Below are positions 27,394 through 34,463 of a DNA stretch of 35,210 nt, piece after piece. This stretch comes from a virus (taxonomy: Duplodnaviria > Heunggongvirae > Uroviricota > Caudoviricetes). Position 1 is the stretch's first letter; each line of letters opens with the position of its first letter. The notes beneath the pieces were generated by a model. It ran no database searches. It was not told where the DNA came from and was given only the letters and a program-made list of their open reading frames with translations. Location of the stretch: positions 1-35,210 of the IMG/VR virus record IMGVR_UViG_2565956633_000004; one strand, 5' to 3'. The position numbers and the translations under genes were made by a program.

Positions 27394-28086
27394 ATGAACA
27401 TAGGAAAACGAGTCAGACAACTTCGCCAAGCGAAGAACATGAAAATCGCCGATCTCGCTGAAGCAATAGGAGTAGATGCGGCGAACATCTCGCGCTTAGA
27501 AACGGGTAAGCAGAAACAATTTACCGAACAAACACTGAGTAATATTGCCAAGAGCTTAGGTGTTGATATTGCTGATCTCTTTACCTCTGCCCTCAAAAGT
27601 AATACTGTATATAAAAACAGTAATGATGAGGATGTTGCGCAGGTGAAGGATGTGTTCCGTATTGAAATGTTGGATATCAGTGCCAGTGCGGGAAATGGCC
27701 TTATCCAGGGCGGTGATGTCATTGATGTGATTCATGCCATCGAATACAGAACTGATAATGCTGTATCAATGTTCGGCGGACGACCAGCCAATCACATCAA
27801 AGTTATCAACGTTCGTGGGGACAGTATGTGTCCAACCATTGAGCCAGGAGATCTCATCTTCGTTGATGTCAGCATCAATCAGTTTGATGGTGATGGTATA
27901 TATGTCTTTGGTTTTGATGACAAAATATACGTTAAAAGACTTCAAATGATTCCTGACAAACTGCTGGTGATTTCTGATAACCAGATTTACCGTGAATGGG
28001 GAATTACTAGCGAAAACGAACACCGATTCATGGTCTTTGGAAAGGTCTTAATCAGTCAGTCGCAAACCCTTAAGAGACATAATTAA
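27394..28086 (+). CDS. CI-type prophage repressor (HTH plus S24 LexA-like autopeptidase domain)
   Basis: 230 aa; N-terminal HTH (MKIADLAEAIGVDAANISRLETGK), C-terminal VRGDSMCPTIEPGDLIFVD...KIYVKRL S24 motifs. Confidence 0.9.
   Translation: MNIGKRVRQLRQAKNMKIADLAEAIGVDAANISRLETGKQKQFTEQTLSNIAKSLGVDIADLFTSALKSNTVYKNSNDEDVAQVKDVFRIEMLDISASAGNGLIQGGDVIDVIHAIEYRTDNAVSMFGGRPANHIKVINVRGDSMCPTIEPGDLIFVDVSINQFDGDGIYVFGFDDKIYVKRLQMIPDKLLVISDNQIYREWGITSENEHRFMVFGKVLISQSQTLKRHN
27603..27622. promoter_or_regulatory. Near-consensus LexA (SOS) box inside the cI coding sequence
   Basis: TACTGTATATAAAAACAGTA, a CTGT-N8-ACAG palindrome with TA flanks; differs from the E. coli consensus TACTGTATATATATACAGTA only in the central AT tract. 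Confidence 0.4.
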
Positions 28087-28103
28087 CTTCAATATCCCAT
28101 CCA

Positions 28104-28128
28104 TCGGCCACCGAAAGGTGGCTTTTTA
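28104..28128 (+). terminator. Rho-independent terminator after cI
   Basis: GCCACC-GAAA-GGTGGC hairpin followed by TTTTTAT, 20 nt after the cI stop. Confidence 0.7.
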
Positions 28129-28140
28129 TCACCCATAATT

Positions 28141-28200
28141 TTGCACATCTCGCAAAATATTACTTGCGTATATCGCATTTTAATTTTATCTTTTGTTCCA
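28141..28200 (+). promoter_or_regulatory. Candidate early-left promoter/operator (pL/oL analog)
   Basis: TTGCAC ... CGCAAAATATTACTTGCGTATATCGCAT: the same CGCAA/TTGCG half-sites as in the cI-cro intergenic region. Confidence 0.45.
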
Positions 28201-28370
28201 GACCAACTACAGGATTACAACAAAATCTAGTTGCAACACGGTGCATGGTGCATGTGTCGTAAGCGGTCAGTAAATGTCAAAAACGAACAGTCAGGACGAC
28301 CACGAAGTAGCCGCCGGTGGCGTATGAATGACCGGATGATTCGTTAAATACTATGTGTAAGAGAGCGCAA

Positions 28371-28574
28371 ATGAACCGTTATTTCACATGCTCGTTTTGT
28401 GGCGCAAACGAGCTGCAGGCAAAAAAAATCATCGCCAAAGGCGGAAAAGATGAAGTTGCTATCTGCTCTGAGTGCGTAGTCTTGTGTGTAGGGGCATTAA
28501 TCAATATCAGCACAACTATTCAGTTCACACCAAATGAGAATGCGCCTTTAGATGCGCGGAAATCTGGAGGTTAA
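28371..28574 (+). CDS. Small ClpX N-terminal zinc-binding-domain-like protein (first early-left gene)
   Basis: MNRYFTCSFCGANELQAKKIIAKGGKDEVAICSECVVLC: CSFCG...K-I-A-G...ICxECVxLC parallels the ClpX C4 zinc-binding domain; no AAA+ module. Confidence 0.55.
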   Translation: MNRYFTCSFCGANELQAKKIIAKGGKDEVAICSECVVLCVGALINISTTIQFTPNENAPLDARKSGG

Positions 28575-28582
28575 AGAACAAA

Positions 28583-28858
28583 ATGAAAGTCCAGATTTTA
28601 AACAATAGTGGTGAAGTCGTTTGGTCATACGACATAGCCGCTCCTGTAGATCAGAGCGGCGATAGCTGGACCAATGGGAAACATCAGATTATGGCTGGAG
28701 TTGTATTCTCTTTACGCCGTGCTTTGGAACAGGCTGAAGTATTTCCATCAGACCCTGAATGGAAATGGCCTTTTTCTATTTGTCCAAATTCGGAGAGCAC
28801 ATTTCAGAAAATTGGTCAGAAAGTCGCACTCGAAGAGCATCAGCCAACTGTTTCCTGA
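28583..28858 (+). CDS. Hypothetical Trp-rich small protein
   Basis: 91-aa ORF 8 nt after the ClpX-ZBD-like stop; GGAGG upstream; 3' end overlaps a convergent ORF. Confidence 0.35.
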   Translation: MKVQILNNSGEVVWSYDIAAPVDQSGDSWTNGKHQIMAGVVFSLRRALEQAEVFPSDPEWKWPFSICPNSESTFQKIGQKVALEEHQPTVS

Positions 28859-29021
28859 TTTTTTCAGGTAACTCGTCGGCATCGCAGAAACAACAACGCT
28901 CGATCATGTTGAAAGCCGATTCGTAGAACTGTTTCTGCTGAGTGTCGCTGAGACAGGAAAAGAGCGACGTTACGATGATTTTATTAATTGCATTATCAAG
29001 TTCTTTTTCATCAAAAGTCAT
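28776..29021 (-). CDS. Hypothetical small protein, convergent to early-left operon
   Basis: 81-aa ORF with AAGGA RBS 9 nt upstream; AT-rich. Confidence 0.35.
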   Translation of the reverse strand: MTFDEKELDNAINKIIVTSLFSCLSDTQQKQFYESAFNMIERCCFCDADELPEKIRKQLADALRVRLSDQFSEMCSPNLDK

Positions 29022-29039
29022 TTGATTTTCCTTTTATGT

Positions 29040-29458
29040 ATACGGGCTTAAAAGGATACCACCGAGCCTGAAGTGGTGAAAAGACAGGCACATAACAGCT
29101 AAGTATTTTCAACCAGAGAGAATCCTTAGCGTTGTGGTGAATGCGGCTCAGCGCACGCGGGTTAAGGTTGAGGCTGACAGTCGACCTTCTGTGGATACCC
29201 ACCCGCCTGGTGTGCAACCTTCGCCAGGCACCGGGAGGCACCCGGCACCACAACTTTATGCTGTGTGTAGTCTTGGCGGTACCTGCTTGTACCCTTGCTT
29301 CCGGCTGGTACCGTCCTTTTTACAAAACAGAGAAGAGCATCACCGGACGACGGGCTCATAACCCAATCCATCCGGGCGGCAGTCACCGCAGGTGTTCTTC
29401 TCTGTTTTGTGGAGAAACTAACCGACCTTGCAGGGTCGATATGATGAGGAGCAGCAAA
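29040..29458. other. GC-rich, highly structured non-coding region (candidate ncRNA or regulatory leader)
   Basis: No credible ORF (overlapping frames give Arg/Cys-rich junk); nested dyads including a ~19-bp stem (29322-29344 pairing with 29391-29410) enclosing a 46-nt loop, CCGGG-AGGCA-CCCGG, two GGTACC-containing repeats. Confidence 0.4.
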
Positions 29459-29821
29459 ATGGCTAGCGAACGCAGTACTGATGTGCAGGCATTTATCGGG
29501 GAGCTGGACGGCGGCGTATTTGAAACCAAAATCGGCGCAGTTCTCAGTGAAGTCGCTTCCGGTGTGATGAACACGAAAACCAAAGGTAAGGTCTCGCTCA
29601 ACCTGGAAATCGAACCGTTTGATGAGAACCGAGTGAAAATCAAACACAAACTCTCATATGTTCGCCCGACTAACCGCGGGAAAATTTCCGAAGAAGACAC
29701 CACCGAAACGCCGATGTATGTCAATCGCGGTGGTCGCCTGACTATTCTGCAGGAAGACCAGGGACAGTTGCTGACTCTTGCCGGTGAACCTGACGGAAAA
29801 CTCCGCGCAGCAGGTCATTAA
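29459..29821 (+). CDS. YfdP-like protein (120 aa)
   Basis: Start re-assigned to ATG 29459 (GAGGAG 7 nt upstream); same length and position as CPS-53 yfdP. Confidence 0.55.
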   Translation: MASERSTDVQAFIGELDGGVFETKIGAVLSEVASGVMNTKTKGKVSLNLEIEPFDENRVKIKHKLSYVRPTNRGKISEEDTTETPMYVNRGGRLTILQEDQGQLLTLAGEPDGKLRAAGH

Positions 29822-29886
29822 TATCGTTCTTAATTAACTGATTATTTATCTCATCACTGAATATCTTTATATAGTGAGGACTTATT

Positions 29887-30711
29887 ATGTCTCAGAACTT
29901 AGACGCAACCGCAATTAATCAAATCCATGCCCTTATTTCTGCTCAGGGTGTTAATGAAATTATCAGTAAGATTGGTGCCGATGCTGTGGCATTGCCTGAG
30001 AATTTCCGCATTCATGATCTGGAAAAATTTAATTTAAATCGCTTCCGTTTCCGTGGTGCGCTTTCCACTGCCAGCATCGATGACTTTACCCGTTATTCTA
30101 AAGATCTTGCAGATGAAGGCACCCGCTGCTTTATCGATGCTGATAATATGCGTGCCGTCAGTGTGCTTAACCTGGGTACTATTGATGAACCAGGTCACGC
30201 AGATAACACCGCCACTCTCAAACTGAAAAAGACAGCACCGTTCTCTGCTCTGTTGTCTGTTAATGGCGAGCGTAACTCCCAGAAATCACTGGCAGAATGG
30301 ATTGAAGACTGGGCCGACTACCTTGTGGGCTTTGATGCTAATGGTGACACCATTCAGGCAACAAAAGCGGCTGCGGCGGTCCGTAAAATCACGATTGAAG
30401 CAAACCAGACCGCTGATTTTGAAGATAATGACTTCAGCGGCAAACGCTCCCTGATGGAGTCTGTCGAAGCGAAGACCAAAGACATTATGCCAGTGGCATT
30501 TGAATTTAAATGCATTCCGTTTGAAGGTCTGAAAGAACGTCCGTTTAAATTACGCCTCAGCATTATCACTGGCGATCGTCCGGTACTGGTTCTGCGCATT
30601 ATTCAGCTGGAGGCGGTGCAGGAAGAAATGGCTAACGAATTTCGTGATCTGCTTGTTGAGAAATTCAAGGACAGCAAAGTAGAAACCTTTATTGGTACTT
30701 TCACCGCCTGA
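29887..30711 (+). CDS. yfdQ: YfdQ-like protein (DUF2303-type, 274 aa)
   Basis: 274-aa ORF, same length and position as E. coli CPS-53 yfdQ. Confidence 0.6.
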   Translation: MSQNLDATAINQIHALISAQGVNEIISKIGADAVALPENFRIHDLEKFNLNRFRFRGALSTASIDDFTRYSKDLADEGTRCFIDADNMRAVSVLNLGTIDEPGHADNTATLKLKKTAPFSALLSVNGERNSQKSLAEWIEDWADYLVGFDANGDTIQATKAAAAVRKITIEANQTADFEDNDFSGKRSLMESVEAKTKDIMPVAFEFKCIPFEGLKERPFKLRLSIITGDRPVLVLRIIQLEAVQEEMANEFRDLLVEKFKDSKVETFIGTFTA

Positions 30712-30838
30712 TTTCATTACTGCAAATGCCCCTGCGGGGGCATTTATGGAAACGTAATTTACTCAATAATCGCCGGATGGTGAGGGATTCTTTTTACCAG
30801 AATTCAGCGCGGTGCAGCGCATATACGTGGAGAACAAA

Positions 30839-31375
30839 ATGTCATTTATTAAAACTTTTTCCGGGAAGCATTTTTATTATGACAGGATAAATAAAGATGA
30901 CATCGTTATTAACGATATCGCGGTTTCCCTTTCAAATATCTGTCGCTTTGCAGGACATCTTTCACACTTCTACAGCGTCGCCCAACATGCGGTGCTTTGC
31001 AGCCAGCTGGTACCGCACGAATTTGCTTTTGAAGCGTTAATGCATGATGCAACAGAAGCGTATTGCCAGGACATTCCCGCACCACTGAAACGCCTTCTTC
31101 CTGACTATAAACGGATGGAAGAAAAAATAGACGCCGTAATCCGTGAGAAATACGGGTTACCCCCGGTTATGAGTACGCCCGTGAAATATGCCGATCTCAT
31201 CATGCTGGCAACCGAACGCCGCGATCTCGGGCTTGATGATGGCTCTTTCTGGCCTGTACTGGAAGGTATCCCGGCAACAGAGATGTTCAAAGTTATTCCA
31301 CTGTCGCCAGGCCATGCCTATGGGATGTTTATGGAACGTTTTAACGAGTTATCGGAGTTACGCAAATGCGCATGA
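30839..31375 (+). CDS. yfdR: HD-domain phosphohydrolase (YfdR-like, 178 aa)
   Basis: Start at ATG 30839 (GGAG RBS): MSFIKTFSGKHFYYD...; HD signature ...FAGHLSHFYSVAQHAVLCSQL...ALMHDATEAY. Confidence 0.7.
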   Translation: MSFIKTFSGKHFYYDRINKDDIVINDIAVSLSNICRFAGHLSHFYSVAQHAVLCSQLVPHEFAFEALMHDATEAYCQDIPAPLKRLLPDYKRMEEKIDAVIREKYGLPPVMSTPVKYADLIMLATERRDLGLDDGSFWPVLEGIPATEMFKVIPLSPGHAYGMFMERFNELSELRKCA

Positions 31376-31728
31376 ATGTTTTCGAAATGGAAGGGTTTCT
31401 TCGCGGGAAATGTGTACCGCGAGATCTGAAAGTGAACGAAACAAATGCTGAGTACCTGGTGCGTAAATTTGATGCGCTTGAAGCTAAATGTGCAGCACTG
31501 GAAAACAAAGTAATACCAGTGTCAGCTGAACTGCCGCCAGCGAACGAAAGTATTCTGTTATTTGATGCTAATGGAGAAGGCTGGCTGATTGGCTGGCGTT
31601 CTCTCTGGTATACATGGGGGCAAAAAGAAACCGGAGAATGGCAGTGGACATTTCAGGTCGGGGACCTTGAAAACGTCAATATCACTCACTGGGCTGTAAT
31701 GCCAAAAGCACCGGAGGCTGGAGCATAA
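31366..31728 (+). CDS. YfdS-like protein (DUF551-type, 120 aa)
   Basis: 120-aa ORF overlapping the yfdR-like stop; length and position match yfdS. Confidence 0.5.
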   Translation: MRMNVFEMEGFLRGKCVPRDLKVNETNAEYLVRKFDALEAKCAALENKVIPVSAELPPANESILLFDANGEGWLIGWRSLWYTWGQKETGEWQWTFQVGDLENVNITHWAVMPKAPEAGA

Positions 31729-32009
31729 TGACCACATTTACCGATAAAGAACTGATTAAAGAAATCAAAGAACGAATCAGCAGCATGGACGTGCGAGACA
31801 ATGTTGAGCGCCGTGCTTATGAAATTGCTCTGGCATCGCTGGAAGAGGATCCGGTGGCATGGCTGCATTCAGACAATGGCTTAGGTATTCCGGCAATAAC
31901 CAGAAGTAAAAACGTTGCTGACAGTTGGTTATCAAAGGGCTGGTATGTTCAGCCGCTATATATAGCTCAGCCGATGCCAATACAAGAACCGCCGCAGGAG
32001 GTAAAGTGA
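31728..32009 (+). CDS. YfdT-like small protein
   Basis: 93-aa ORF coupled to neighbours. Confidence 0.45.
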   Translation: MTTFTDKELIKEIKERISSMDVRDNVERRAYEIALASLEEDPVAWLHSDNGLGIPAITRSKNVADSWLSKGWYVQPLYIAQPMPIQEPPQEVK

Positions 32010-32581
32010 TGAACAACTTAATGATCGACCTTGAGACGATGGGGAAAAATAAGGATGCGCCGATCGTTTCTATTGGCGCAGTGTTCTTCACCCCAGAAAC
32101 CGGAGACATCGGACAAGAATTCTATGCGGCTGTCAGCTTGGACAGTGCTATGGAGCAAGGGGCCACACCTGACGGCGACACCATCCTGTGGTGGTTGAAA
32201 CAAAGCCCTGAAGCACGAGCTGCAATCTGTATTGATGATACTTTGTCGATCAGCGATGCACTCTCTGAACTGAGCCATTTCATTAATCGGCACGCAGACA
32301 ATACGAAATATTTAAAAGTCTGGGGTAACGGAGCCAACTTCGACAACGTAATTTTACGCGGAGCTTATGAGCGAGCAGGACAAATCTGCCCATGGGCGTA
32401 CTGGAATGATCACGATGCGCGCACGATCGTTACGCTTGGGCGTTCCATCGGATTCGACCCAAAAATGGACATGCCTTTCGATGGCGAACGGCACAACGCC
32501 CTGGCTGATGCTCGTCATCAGGCAAAATATGTTTCCGCTATCTGGCAGAAATTAATTCCTGCCACCAGCACAGAATTATGA
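32009..32581 (+). CDS. DEDD-type 3'-5' exonuclease (DnaQ-like fold)
   Basis: Start at ATG 32009 (AGGAGG RBS): MNNLMIDLETMGKNKDAPIVSIGAVFF (Exo I motif D-x-E), later HNALADARHQA (Exo III motif). Confidence 0.65.
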   Translation: MNNLMIDLETMGKNKDAPIVSIGAVFFTPETGDIGQEFYAAVSLDSAMEQGATPDGDTILWWLKQSPEARAAICIDDTLSISDALSELSHFINRHADNTKYLKVWGNGANFDNVILRGAYERAGQICPWAYWNDHDARTIVTLGRSIGFDPKMDMPFDGERHNALADARHQAKYVSAIWQKLIPATSTEL

Positions 32582-32617
32582 TTTTCCCGGGTGCAGCCGG
32601 TTTTGATGGAGAAAATT

Positions 32618-32899
32618 ATGAACACCTTGTTTTTACTGATGGCTGAATTCAATACCCCTAACATTGAACTCTCAGCAGTTAGCCAAAAGTACTTTGGCAT
32701 GAGTCCAGCCACGGCAGAAGCAAAAGCAAACGCTTGTAAGTTGCCCGTTCCAACATATCGCATCGGCACATCACAAAAAGCAAAACGTTGCATCAATATT
32801 CAGGATCTTGCGGAATACATAGACAAAAGACGAGAAGAAGGACGTATCGAGTGGGAACAGGTCAGAACAAGCAAACAGAAGGGCAAAGAACATCACTAA
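32618..32899 (+). CDS. PrtN-family small DNA-binding protein (possible excisionase/recombination directionality factor)
   Basis: Start at ATG 32618 (GGAG 6 nt upstream): MNTLFLLMAEFNTPNIELSAVSQKYFGMSP...; last gene before the prophage-end terminator, where CPS-53 carries torI. Confidence 0.5.
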   Translation: MNTLFLLMAEFNTPNIELSAVSQKYFGMSPATAEAKANACKLPVPTYRIGTSQKAKRCINIQDLAEYIDKRREEGRIEWEQVRTSKQKGKEHH

Positions 32900-32900
32900 A

Positions 32901-32930
32901 GAAAAAACCCGCCTAAAGGCGGGTTTTCAA
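32901..32930. terminator. Bidirectional rho-independent terminator at prophage right end
   Basis: AAAAAACCCGCC-TAAA-GGCGGGTTTT with A-tract before and T-tract after. Confidence 0.8.
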
Positions 32931-32946
32931 AAAGCACCAGCTATGA

Positions 32947-33120
32947 TCATGCTGCTTTGCGACGACGAAGCTTACCCTGCTGCTCTTTACCAGAGACAGT
33001 AGCGTGAGTGAACGCATTAGGAGCAGCCTTCATCAGAACTTCAACAGCAGCACCCATACCTGCGAATGCTTTCATTGTGTCGAACTTAACCTGTGGCTTG
33101 GTTGCTTTTTGATCTTTCAT
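32947..33120 (-). CDS. Small Lys-rich protein (57 aa), function unknown
   Basis: ORF read by hand (MKDQKATKPQVKFDTMKAFAGMGAAVEVLMKAAPNAFTHATVSGKEQQGKLRRRKAA); GGAG 7 nt upstream; below the ORF-track size cutoff. Confidence 0.4.
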   Translation of the reverse strand: MKDQKATKPQVKFDTMKAFAGMGAAVEVLMKAAPNAFTHATVSGKEQQGKLRRRKAA

Positions 33121-33188
33121 AGAAAACTCCCGAGACAGTAAAGGCGTCTCTAACCCTCTCTTTAAAGCTAGCTTGTTTCGCTAACTTA

Positions 33189-33209
33189 TGCCAATCGATC
33201 ATGTCGATT
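33189..33209. promoter_or_regulatory. Perfect palindrome CCAATCGA-tcatg-TCGATTGG upstream of the 57-aa ORF
   Basis: 8-bp arms, 5-bp spacer; a second dyad CTACAA-t-TTGTAG lies at 33267-33279. Confidence 0.35.
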
Positions 33210-33316
33210 GGTGACATCGTTTCTTAGTAGTTTAAGCACAAAACGACTGCCATAGATGTACCTTTAAGGTAATCTGGACGGGTATCCTACAATTTGTAGA
33301 CCCTTCTCGTCTATAC

Positions 33317-33853
33317 CTACTGAGCAAATTTAAGAAAGATATCCTGCAGCTCATCAATGACTGCAGACATCACATAACCGCACTGTTCCATGCGGAAACC
33401 AAAAGACTCGTAATACTGCACCAGTTCTGGTACTGGCTCTACAATGTGGACAACTTTACATTCAACAGCTTTACAAAATATAAAAGCACTCATAAGAGTG
33501 AGTAAAACCATGCGCCCTTTCAATGGGTGAGATTCATCTTCTCTAGAAAACCTTTCGATCATATGGATACGAAAGATGTTTTCTTCAACCCCATAAACAC
33601 AAATTGCTGCTCCTGATGGTATTCCCTGAACCCGACCTTGCTGAACAAGTTTTATGCAGAACTCATACTTTTCTCTGGAGTTGCCATAGGTGCTTAACGC
33701 ATAGTCCCATTCAAGCTCACCATAGCCACCACACAGAATCTTGTAATCATCATCACTGAGCGGACCAACAGCAAGAGGTAAGCCGACATGATCAATAATC
33801 AACTGGATATTGTTACGTACAGATTGACCTATCTCGTCTAGGGTAAGCATCAT
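33317..33853 (-). CDS. Hypothetical protein, AT-rich (possible acyltransferase-like fold)
   Basis: 178-aa ORF; segment HPLKGRMVLLTLMSAFIFCKAVECKVVHIVEPVPELVQYYESFGF loosely resembles a GNAT motif-A region; weak assignment. Confidence 0.35.
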   Translation of the reverse strand: MMLTLDEIGQSVRNNIQLIIDHVGLPLAVGPLSDDDYKILCGGYGELEWDYALSTYGNSREKYEFCIKLVQQGRVQGIPSGAAICVYGVEENIFRIHMIERFSREDESHPLKGRMVLLTLMSAFIFCKAVECKVVHIVEPVPELVQYYESFGFRMEQCGYVMSAVIDELQDIFLKFAQ

Positions 33854-34392
33854 AGACTCTCAAGCGGAACACTAAAAATCTCATTATATCTCATTCTGAT
33901 GCCCGGCATGGATTACACCTTGAAATGAAAACACCGGGTTCCCAATAGGCTCCCACAAAGTGTATAACTACTTGTTTTTCAAAAACGGTACATCCTATCG
34001 AGCATTGGTGCAACGCTAAACCGACCACTCCAGTGAACGTCAGTTTTTTCAGGCATTGCGCTGGTTTGGTTGATTTTTTGCATTTCAGAATTACCGTGCA
34101 TTTTCAAATGTAGAGATTATTTTATCGATATATCATGGGGTTATGTTATTCAGCATCACTGTTCAGGAGGCTCAATAACGGGGTACTATACCATAACAAC
34201 AGGAAGCGCCTGTCTCATTGCAAAAGAAAATTGAGATCCTCTCAAGGCATGAAGCTCTCACGAAGTGATGGAAATAATCTTATTAGCCGTTAGCTTTGTT
34301 AAGGCCAATGATAAACAATCCAGGTTCGACGATAAATAAAAATCACACATTAAACTCCGGTGATATCTCTCCCTGCTAATAGCACTGATAGA

Positions 34393-34422
34393 GAAAAAAA
34401 GAACCCAATAAGCATTGGGTTC
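34393..34422 (-). terminator. Rho-independent terminator after the partial AT-rich gene
   Basis: Minus-strand GAACCCAAT-GCTT-ATTGGGTTC followed by TTTTTTT. Confidence 0.65.
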
Positions 34423-34463
34423 TTTTATGTAATGCCTTCCATACCATCGAAGAACTTCACATA

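Larger units (their letters stand above)
1..32930. mobile_element. Lambdoid prophage, HK97-type head plus Mu/SfV-type contractile tail; left end (rest of tail fiber, any tfa/int) lies outside the window
   Basis: Contiguous phage modules in canonical order read right to left: early-left operon, cI/cro, O-like with iterons, RusA, Q, S-R-Rz/Rz1, HNH, terS/terL, portal, protease, capsid, head-tail joining, sheath, tube, frameshifted chaperone, tape measure, baseplate, tail fiber. Right limit set at the terminator after the last phage-like gene. Confidence 0.85.

Noticed and set aside
27603-27622. Internal sigma-70 promoter overlapping the SOS-like box in cI
   Set aside because: No convincing -35/-10 pair with proper spacing on either strand around the box; the box is reported only as a binding-site candidate.
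29141-29458. N-terminal 106 codons of the 226-aa plus-strand ORF
   Set aside because: Translation is Arg/Cys-rich and low-complexity; a strong RBS and ATG at 29459 begin a 120-aa protein matching yfdP in length, so the upstream part is judged non-coding.
28141-29458. N-type antitermination system (nutL boxA/boxB and an N-like Arg-rich protein)
   Set aside because: No CGCTCTTA boxA followed by a GCCCT-GAAGA-AGGGC-type boxB on the early-left strand, and the first early gene is a zinc-ribbon protein, not an Arg-rich-motif protein.
33317-33853. GNAT toxin with a cognate antitoxin (TacT/AtaT-like module)
   Set aside because: No small RHH/DUF1778-type ORF upstream or overlapping; the only nearby small ORF (32947-33120) is separated by ~200 bp and does not resemble an antitoxin; the GNAT assignment itself is weak.
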